64,000 nt of DNA from Octopus vulgaris (Eukaryota), in contig OX597821.1 of the NCBI GenBank assembly GCA_951406725.2, positions 36,580,001 to 36,644,000 of the forward strand, written 5' to 3'. Under the pieces are notes generated by a model. That model saw only the letters and a program-made list of their open reading frames with translations, was not told the DNA's origin and ran no database searches. A program made the translations under genes and the position numbers. Positions 54,667 to 64,000 of the stretch are shown here, one piece after another; position 1 is the first letter of the stretch; every line of letters begins with the position of its first letter.

Positions 54667-55292
54667 CTTATTTCTTCTTTTGTACGTTTATACGATGACT
54701 ACATTATATAATCAAGGCCTACGCGAACTTTCTTTCGATCTGGGAACACTAACTTTGATCTCCACTACAGAACTTTCCGTTCGAATCAACCATGGATTTT
54801 CAGTGGATATCTCTTCACTATTTCTATACCACACTAACCTCCCATGACATCCTGTTTCTTTACCTTTCCTTTTCATTTCCATTTTTACTTCCCTGTTCTT
54901 TCTTTTCATCTCTTTACTTGTGTAGACATTTTCACCTTCCTTATTTCATTTCTCCTCATTTCCTTTTCTCTATTTTCTTATTTTTATATAAGTTTTCCCA
55001 CACACACACTCACACACATGTACACATACACACGTCGCACACATACACATACACTCGCGCGCATTTTCTCTTAGTATATTTCCTCTTTTTTTTTCAGAAA
55101 ATTTAACCATCCGAAGGTTCAAAGTTTATTTCCTGTTCTCCTTTTAAGCATTAAACCAATACGTTTCTCTTCATTGTGAATGTATGTTTGTATGAATGTA
55201 CACATGTACCAAAACTGTAGATTAAAAAAAGTTTGCTTTTATTTATTCCCCATTACACACGTTTCATTTGCTAATAGGAGCTACAAAATCGT

Positions 55293-55612
55293 TGTAATTT
55301 ATTATTTATGCGCCCCTTTTCAAGCCTAGTCAGGCTCATGGACTCGGTTTCCCGGTTTCTGTTGCGTATGTGTTCCCCCTAGCTGTACGGGACGTCAGGC
55401 CGTCGCAGCGTTACTCAAGAAACAGGAAGAAAGAGTGAGAGAAAGTTGGGCGAAATAGTACAACAGGGGTCGCCACCACCCCCTGCCGGAGCCTCGTGGA
55501 GCTTTAGGTGTTTTCGCTCAATAAACACACACAACGCCCGGTCTGGGAATCGAAACCGCGATCCTCCGACCGCGAGTCCGCTGCCCTAACCACTGGGCCA
55601 TTGCGCCTCCAC
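55293..55612 (-). mobile_element. tRNA(Arg)-like SINE family C, full length (tail 1)
   Basis: Head GGAGGCGCAATGGCCCAGTGGTTAGGGCAGCGGACTCGCGGTCGGAGGATCGCGGTTTCGATTCCC (TCG at the anticodon position); 10-bp TSD ACAAAATCGT (55283-55292, 55613-55622). Confidence 0.9.
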
Positions 55613-55923
55613 ACAAAATCGTACATGTAGGAAAATCATGTAAAACATCTCCTATTTGAAATCCTTCTGGCAAGAATCAAATAATATTTTATTACTATTA
55701 TTTGATTCTCTGTCTGAATTATTTCTAATAGAAGATATCTTACATGTTTGTCCTACAGGTACGATTTTGCAACTCCTATTAGTAAACGAAACACGAGAAA
55801 TGATGAAAAAATAATACCAAAAATGTTTCCATATCCTCTCTTGATATGTAATTACTCTATAAATGCTATTCTCCAGTATTTTCTAACTCTTATGCATGCC
55901 TCACACAATCATAACATTATTGA

Positions 55924-55997
<74 letters not shown>

Positions 55998-55999
55998 CA

Positions 56000-56270
56000 G
56001 GGTAACGACCAGGCAATCAGGTGTTGCTACACATCGCTGGTCACAATGTGCTTCGCATTGTTTTAGCCTTCAAGCGAGCAGGCCAACAGAAGAAAGAGTG
56101 AGAGAAATTTGTGGCGAAAGAGTATAGCATGGATCGCCACCACCCCCTGCCGGAATATCGTGGAGCTTTAGTTGTTTTCGCTCAATAAACACTCACAACG
56201 CCCGGTCAGGGAATCGAAACCGCGATCCTACGACCGCGAGGTCCCTAACCACTGGGCCATTGCACCTCCA
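56000..56270 (-). mobile_element. SINE family C with tail 2
   Basis: Same body as 55293-55612 but ends in the GCACATTGTGACCAGCGATGTGTAGCAACA tail; inserted in (TA)n. Confidence 0.82.
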
Positions 56271-56283
56271 TATATACATATAT

Positions 56284-56790
<507 letters not shown>

Positions 56791-57279
56791 CTGATCGGGA
56801 ATGCTAACTTCGATCACTTGCTTTTAACTACATTCACTGTTCTGTTCTGTTTTTACTTTGACAGATTTCATATGCATATATATTTATACATATGCACACA
56901 CACGTTTAGAATAAATGTGAATATACTTAATACAGAGGATAGAATTTATTCCTTCACTCAAAACTAGGTTTTCACGACATCAATAATCTGAGTTCCTTGG
57001 CATGCTCTTCAGAAACAAGGAATTAAAGAACGAAGCATCGGCTTAATATAAATGGCCTTATGGACATATATTTATTGATAGAATAAATAGAAATATTTAT
57101 GAGAACCATGTCTTTCCTATATTGTTTTTTACTTTTAATTAAAATTCGTCCAACTGCGAATCGAAATCATATTGCCGTGTTAACTTTTGAAAAGTGCATG
57201 GTTGAGAAAATAGTACTCGAATACCAAATGTAGAGTAAAATACTATTTTATAGAAGCTGGAAAAACATAACCTTCACAC

Positions 57280-57319
57280 ACTGTTACTCAGAGTTTCATA
57301 TAACCATTCATCGGCCAGT
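57280..57319 (-). ncRNA. Minimal type I hammerhead ribozyme-like motif (U4C variant)
   Basis: Minus strand ACTGg-CCGATGA-ATG-gtta-TAT-GAA-ACTCtGAGT-A-aCAGT; triplet GUA. Confidence 0.65.
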
Positions 57320-58058
57320 TAAGGGAGTTCAAAATAATACAATCTGAAGTTTCGCTGTTGTCAAATGAACGGTTGCGTGAAACATTAAGTATGAGTTAGC
57401 GAAATTTTGTCTCTCGGCTTCAAAGTGTGTGTTTATGTGCGTGGGGGAGGGGGTGCGTGTGTGTGTTGTTATTGTTGTTGATGATGATTATTTTATATAC
57501 ATGTCTGTATATAAATCAAATTGTATACAACTGAAATATCTACAGGAATTTATGCTTTTGTATGTATGCATGTCTGTGATTAAGTATTAAAGAAAAAAAA
57601 ATCCTATTTTATATAACCCTGTCACCTTACACAGCGAACAAAGTGAGTTGTGTCTTCATTAAAATAATGTGTAAGCTAATCTCTTAATCATTAACTACAA
57701 AGCTAAACATTTGCTCATTAATACTGTAGTTCTTTTGTCTACTGTATCTACCTGTAATCTTCAGTTTCACCTGTGATGGTAGATGAATGAACGGTATTCT
57801 CAAATATTCCAAGTTAATTCGGGTCGAAAGTTCAAAGATATTACAAAATAAGAGTTCTCAAGTAATAAGATTTTGACATGGAAAAATAAATTGAAGAGTC
57901 AGGCGATTTGTAGTGTAATGAGCAACCGATAGATATGGGGTTTGGGTTCTGTTTGGTGGAACTGTTGTTATAATTGTCAAGTTACAAGTCAGCTTTGATC
58001 CAATAGGCCAATGACGAACGATGTTCCAGCCATAACCATCTCGTCTTTTTTCTTTTTC

Positions 58059-58089
<31 letters not shown>

Positions 58090-58694
58090 GTCATGTGTGC
58101 ATCGAAATGTACTATCAAAAGCTTCCTTGAAATGAAATTTGGTTGCTATATCCATCTGGTTCTATTAGCCTGTTGTTATTTACGATGGTAAATGTAAGGA
58201 TTGGTAGAACCTCGACCAAAATACCAAGTAGTATTTGGTTGCATTCTTTACATTTTAACGTTGTTTGACTTGGCCTATCATCCGAGTGGGGTCCATGTGA
58301 TAGGTATCAGTTAACTAAAGGCCAACAGAATTGCCAATACTCTTCAAATCAGATTCCTAACATAGTAGCAAATGAAAAGGTTCCTCCAGTAGCGACGATA
58401 GAATTGCTAAATCTTGATTCCTGCTTCCTTTAGGATCATCATCAGCTAATATGTACTAGCAACCGCATGTTTAGACAAATTTAGCCTGTACTAATAGAGA
58501 AAAACAGTGATTAACAAATCACTAGTGTCGCAAATAGGTTGCAGGCTGGGAAATAAATCATTATTAGCAACAAAAGCTGATTTAGTTCAAAACAGCCATA
58601 CGATTTCTTAATGTGGATATAATGTAGAAAACCACAAAACTGCGGTATATGTCTCGACACTGCATGACGTATTATGCTAAAAAGCACAAAATCA

Positions 58695-59112
58695 GGATCT
58701 TTTCGGCTTGAACGGCAGTTTTTAACATAATTTCTAGGTAACTAAAAAATTTTAAACTTCGTATACTGGTAGAATGTGTTTATAAAGCATCTTTTTCTCT
58801 TGACTTTATTGAGAAAATTCTATAGTTTGTAAGATTTGTTGGGTTTTTTTCTTCAATTTCTGCAATTTCAACCAATCGATGACGTCCATTGGGCAAAAAA
58901 ACAACATTCTGTGCCATATGAATATGTCCCTCGTTTAAGAAACAGATTGGGTTTATTTACATTTGTGAAGAAAAAAAGATACCCTTCCCCCACTCCTAAC
59001 CCTAACCCTAAAACAGATAGAAATGCAATAGATCGATACTAGGGTCATAATTATGGATGACAATTTCATATGACACCGCTAGAAAAAACTGCCGTTCAAA
59101 CCGAAAAGATCC
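58695..59112 (+). mobile_element. 418-bp Merlin-like MITE, copy 3
   Basis: Same TIRs; TSD CAAAATCA (58687-58694, 59113-59120). Confidence 0.92.
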
Positions 59113-60555
59113 CAAAATCATATCAGTAGCGGAAGAAAAGTGTCCAGTAACAGTAGTGGAATTGCTGAGTCTATATTTTTGAATCTTATCGCTATAACGA
59201 ATTTCACCCATTTAATGCTTCCTTCGAATTTGCATTTGTTGCTGTTTGTGCAGCAAGATGAAGCAATATGGGGTTGATTTGTTAACTGCATGTCCAATTC
59301 CTAACGTGGAAGACCAGGCACCGCTCTGTGAACTGGCCTATTCCCTAACATCAGCCTCTTAGGTTCAATAGCCCCCAGAGGTACAGTCCTCTTGGTTACG
59401 GAGGTGTACAAGCTTCCCACTTAAAAGAAAACCGGTCCAAGCACGGACTTTCTCCAAGTACTAGCAAGGTAGGATATATCTTTCCTAGTTAGGTACTTGC
59501 TGGTTGTATCTTAGTCGTAAATGCTAAGCCCATTGGGGTATATCACCTTCAGTGATAATTGTTCAACGTTATTCATATCTTATCCCTTTTTTATCCCGAT
59601 GTCTAAGTGCTGCTACAGTAGTTAATTACAGGTACTTTAATTATGGTGGCCACTTGCTCGTAAATCTTGCTGTTGTCTTCTTCTTCTCCTTCTTCTTCTT
59701 CTTCTCCTTCTTCTTCTTCTTCTTCTTCTTCTTCTTCTTCTTCTTCTTCTTCTTCTTCTTCTTCTTCTTCTTCTTCTTCTTCTTCTTCTTCCAATCAGGA
59801 CTCACGCCATTAGCCACAAAGAATAATCTCTAATTCGAGCCTACTCTAAGCTAATAAGAATGTGTGTGGCAACTTGAAGATCCACCCACCACACGCGATA
59901 GACTGGTGGTTGCACGGGCGCGAAAGCTACATTGTTATCCTCATTCCGTAAACGGTGGCTTATATGGGTGGAGAGCTGAACCATCCTGGGGTACAGAGGA
60001 TTCGCAATCTAGACTAGGGTCTGAAAGTTTACCACACCATAGTGGGTTACACCATGGTTCCTCTGCTTTGTGGAAGAAGTAGGAAGAAAGAGAGAGAGGA
60101 AGTTGTGGTGAAAGAGTACTGCAGGGTTCACCACCACCACCCCGCAGTTCAAGAATTTTGACCTACAGATCTCCATTTCCAGCGACTTCGAGGGCTACCT
60201 CCCAAAGGTGTCGGGCGTCAACGTAGAGCACTCGACTACAAGTCAACCAAAGTTTTTGTTTTTTTCCAAGGTCTGGGGTCTCCTGCCCCTAAGCCCTAGA
60301 CCATCACCTAATCACTCTTATCCATCTTGCTGCTTAGCAACAACAACAACAACCCGCCGGTGCCTCGTGGAGCTTAGGTATTTTTTGCTCAATAGGGAAT
60401 CGAAACCGCGTTCTTACGACCGCGAGTCCGCTGCCCTAGCCACTGCACCCCCACTGTTGCTGTTGTTGCTGTAGCTGCTGTAGTTGCTGTTGTTCTTCTT
60501 CTTGTCTATCTCTTCATTTTCATTCTCCTCCTTCTTCTTAGTCCTCTTTGTCTTA

Positions 60556-60984
60556 TTACTCTTTACTCTCTTTACTCTTTTACTTGTTTCAGTCATTTGA
60601 CTGCGGCCATGCTGGAGCACCGCCTTTAATCGAGCAACTCGACCCCGGGGGGCTTATTCTTTTGTAAGCCCAGTACTTATTCTATCGGTCTCTTTTGCCG
60701 AACCGCTAAGTGACGGGGACATAAACACACCAGCATCGGTTGTCAAGCAATGCTAGGGGGACAAACACAGACCCACAAACACACACACACACGCATATAT
60801 ATATATATACATATATACGACAGGCTTCTTTCAGTTTCCGCGTCTACCAAATCCACTCACAAGGCTTTGGTCGGCTCGAGGCTATAGTAGAAGACACTTG
60901 CCCAAGGTGCCACGCAGTGGGACTGAACCCGGAACCATGTGGTTGGTAAACAAGCTACTTACCACACAGTCACTCCTGCGCCTA
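60556..60984 (-). mobile_element. SINE family A, full length
   Basis: Repeated TTACTC(T/TT) tail, body, internal microsatellite and head ending CACTCCTGCGCC. Confidence 0.9.
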
Positions 60985-61441
60985 TTGTCTTCTTTACTTT
61001 TATTTCTATTCATACGTTTTTCTTTTCCATTTTACTTCGTCGTTAACATTGTCCTGTTACTATATCGTTATTAATTCTTCTGTAGTTGTCAGACGATTTT
61101 GTCCTTGTTATTGTTTTCGTTTCGCTTCGCTATTACACTTTGGCCTCGTTTTCATTGTCTTGAACACACTGACTTTATCGTAATATTTATCTCTTACAAT
61201 TATGGCAAATAAAAGATGTTTGGAAAAGATAAAATAAACAACAACAACAGGGAATGTTTACCTATTGTATTGGCAATTTATAACGTATTCAAGATAGAAC
61301 TTGCACAGACGAAACTATTCTGAAGTTACCAAGCGAAAAAACAAAAACAACTGTATGTATGTATGTATGTATGTATGTATGTATGTATGTATGTATATAT
61401 GTATGTATGTATGTATGGAGGCATGCATGTATGTATGTATG

Positions 61442-61493
<52 letters not shown>

Positions 61494-61501
61494 TGTGTGT
61501 G

Positions 61502-61559
<58 letters not shown>

Positions 61560-62205
61560 TATGTATTTATGTGTGTATGAACGTATGTGTATGAATGTGC
61601 GTATCTGTATTTATGTGTGTATGTATGTAAAACCAGAAACAGCATACTGAAGAATGAGTCTAATACAAGATAAAAACAAAACGCTTGGGTAGAGTTTTTT
61701 TTTTTTTTAAACTTTGACTCAAATAATTTATGCTGAGGCTCGGATGACTTTTAAAATAAATCCAATAATATATACATATGTACGTACGGCTGAGCACTAA
61801 GATAAATAGATAAAAGGATAAATACATATGATGTATACATATGTATATATATGTGTATATATGTGTGTGTGTGTGTGTATTTTTCTTTTATTCTATTTTC
61901 TTTTTTTGTATATTTTATTTTTTTTTTTGTAAATTATTTTTCACCGCTTAAACTCATGTTATCTTTCTTTTAAAATAACTATTCCGTTGAACATAAAGAA
62001 TTTTTTAAAATTACGCAGAAATAGGATGAAGAAAAATCCAATATCTATACGTGTGCTTGCTGAATGCGTAATTTTGTGAATAAAGCACTTATGATTAAAG
62101 ATGTTTATATAAAGGGTACATGTGTTTATATGTGTGTATGTATGTATTTTATGTATATATGTATGTATTTTTAATATATTTATCTCTCTCTCTCTCTCTC
62201 TTTCT

Positions 62206-62276
<71 letters not shown>

Positions 62277-62295
62277 TTACACACACACTCATATA

Positions 62296-62326
<31 letters not shown>

Positions 62327-62709
62327 TTGTGTATATGTGTGTGTGCGTGTGTGTTTGTGTGTGTGTGTTGTGGGAGGCGTGTCTGTGTGTACGTTTACAC
62401 ATACTGTGTACGGATCAGTGGCTAGCGTATTCGGCTCACAATTGTAAGGTCGTAAGTTCGATTTCCAGTAGCATATTGTGTCCTGGAGCAAGACACTTTA
62501 TTTCACAGGGCTCCAGTTCACTCAGCAGGCAAAAATGAATTGTACTTGTAATTCAACGGGCCAACCTTGTCACATTCAGTTCACGTTAAATCTCTCTGGG
62601 AACTACATTAAGGGCACGCGTGTCTCTGGAGTGTCCAGCCACTTTCATGTTCATTTTATGAGTAGGCTCCTCCATTGATTGGATCTGTGCCAGTTTAGTT
62701 TTATATATG

Positions 62710-62752
<43 letters not shown>

Positions 62753-62756
<4 letters not shown>

Positions 62757-63030
62757 AGGCACATAGCCTAGTGTTCGAGGAATCGCGGGTTCGAATCTCA
62801 GGCCGGGCGATGTGTGTGTTTATGAGCGAAACACTTAAGCTCCACGCGGCTCCGGAAGAAGGTAATGGTGAACTTCTGCTGACTCTTTCGCCACAACTTT
62901 CTCTCACTCTTTCCTCCTGCATCTTGCAGCTCACCTGCGACAGGCCGGTGTCCCGTCCAGGTGGGGAACCTATAGGCCAAGGAAACCGGGAAACCGGCCC
63001 TTATGAGCCATGCATGGCTCGAGAAGGAAC
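62753..63030 (+). mobile_element. SINE family C-related copy (tail 1-like)
   Basis: GTGGAGGCACATAGCCTAGTG..GGGTTCGAATCTCAGGCCGGGCG..GAGCGAAACACTTAAGCTCCACG..GGAAACCGGGAAACCGGCCC. Confidence 0.75.
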
Positions 63031-63080
63031 AAACGAAATACACACACACACACACACACGCACACACACACACACACACA

Positions 63081-63719
63081 CCTGGTGTTCAAAAAGTTTC
63101 GTCGCAGTGAATTCAACCTAGGAAATGCTCACACGGCAGTAAAACAAATATATATTTTAAGTATTGAAAATGAAGGACAACACTTTCAACACCACTTGTA
63201 AAGCCTAATATATTTTTTTGTAGTCTTATACCATCTTATAAATATTTATCTTGCAATAAATACTTACTGCAGAGAGACTTTGGATCTTTTCGGTTTGAAC
63301 GGCAATTTTTAACATAATTTCTAGGTAACTAAAAATTTTAAACTTCGTATACTTGTAGAACGTGTTTATAAAACATCTTTTTCTCTGGGCTTTATTGAGA
63401 AAATTCTATAGTTTGTAAGATATTTGTTGTTGTTTTCTTCAATTTCTGCAATTTCAACCAATCAATGGTGTCCATTGAGGTAAAAAAAAAAACATTCTGT
63501 GCTGTATGAATATGTCCCGCTTTTAAGAAACAGATTGGGTTTATTTACATTTGTGAAAAAAAAAAGTTACCCTTCCCCCCACCTAACCCTAACCCTAAAA
63601 CAGATTGAAATGCAATAGATCGATACTAGGGTCATAATTATGGGTGACAATTCCATATGACACCGCTAGAAAAAACTGCCGTTCAAACCAAATAGATCCG
63701 AGACTTTTTGAACACCCTA
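63081..63719. mobile_element. Mariner-type MITE hosting a nested Merlin-like MITE in its right TIR
   Basis: Left TIR GGTGTTCAAAAAGTTTC..GCAGT; right TIR ACTGCAGAGAGACTTT[insert]TTGAACACCCT. Internal SIENEGQHFQHHL* is a transposase-like end. Confidence 0.75.
63282..63699 (+). mobile_element. 418-bp Merlin-like MITE, copy 4
   Basis: Same TIRs (right one has 2 changes); TSD GAGACTTT (63274-63281, 63700-63707). Confidence 0.92.
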
Positions 63720-63742
63720 TATATGTGTGAGTGAGTGAGTGT

Positions 63743-63783
<41 letters not shown>

Positions 63784-64000
63784 TGTGTCTATTGTGCATG
63801 TAAATTTGTCTATACATGTGTATATGTGCGCACATGCACGTATGTGGTGTATAGTTTTGCACGACTATATTTGTGTAGTAAAAATGTTCACCTCGCCATT
63901 CGTTGTTCTCATATTCGATTCTGTTGCATAGTGATAACTTGAGCAAGTACTTTCTGTTGTTTCCGCGGAAGGACAAACGCATCGTATGTAGAACATAGAA

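Noticed and set aside
55540-55612. Functional tRNA gene (also the other SINE heads)
   Set aside because: A/B boxes are present, but the acceptor stem is not closed and each head runs into a SINE body with tail and TSD.

Overview
AT-rich, gene-free 64-kb animal window, probably intronic or intergenic. The SINE and microsatellite make-up suggests an octopus or other coleoid cephalopod (inference). No host protein-coding exon can be supported; almost all ORF-track entries are translated microsatellites. Contents: (i) four tRNA-derived SINE body types, two of which swap 3' tails; (ii) decayed LINE pieces (CR1-like, R4/Dong-like, RTE); (iii) Tc1/mariner and hAT relics; (iv) five GG-ended MITEs with 8-bp TSDs that carry telomere-type CCCTAA repeats; (v) about ten minimal type I hammerhead-ribozyme-like motifs from several unrelated families. 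The hammerhead motifs have (near-)palindromic helix III, mostly lie in (TA)n-flanked modules, and one follows a Penelope-like GIY-YIG remnant. The most striking is a 400-bp hammerhead-bearing unit present as a 1.3-mer with exact 127-bp direct repeats (12408-12934), a candidate retrozyme or circular-RNA-derived insertion. Another hammerhead is split by a locally templated inverted insertion. A strong polypyrimidine-AG|GTAAGA site at 39076/39077 is a candidate recursive splice point. All calls were made by eye, without database searches; boundaries of decayed elements are approximate.
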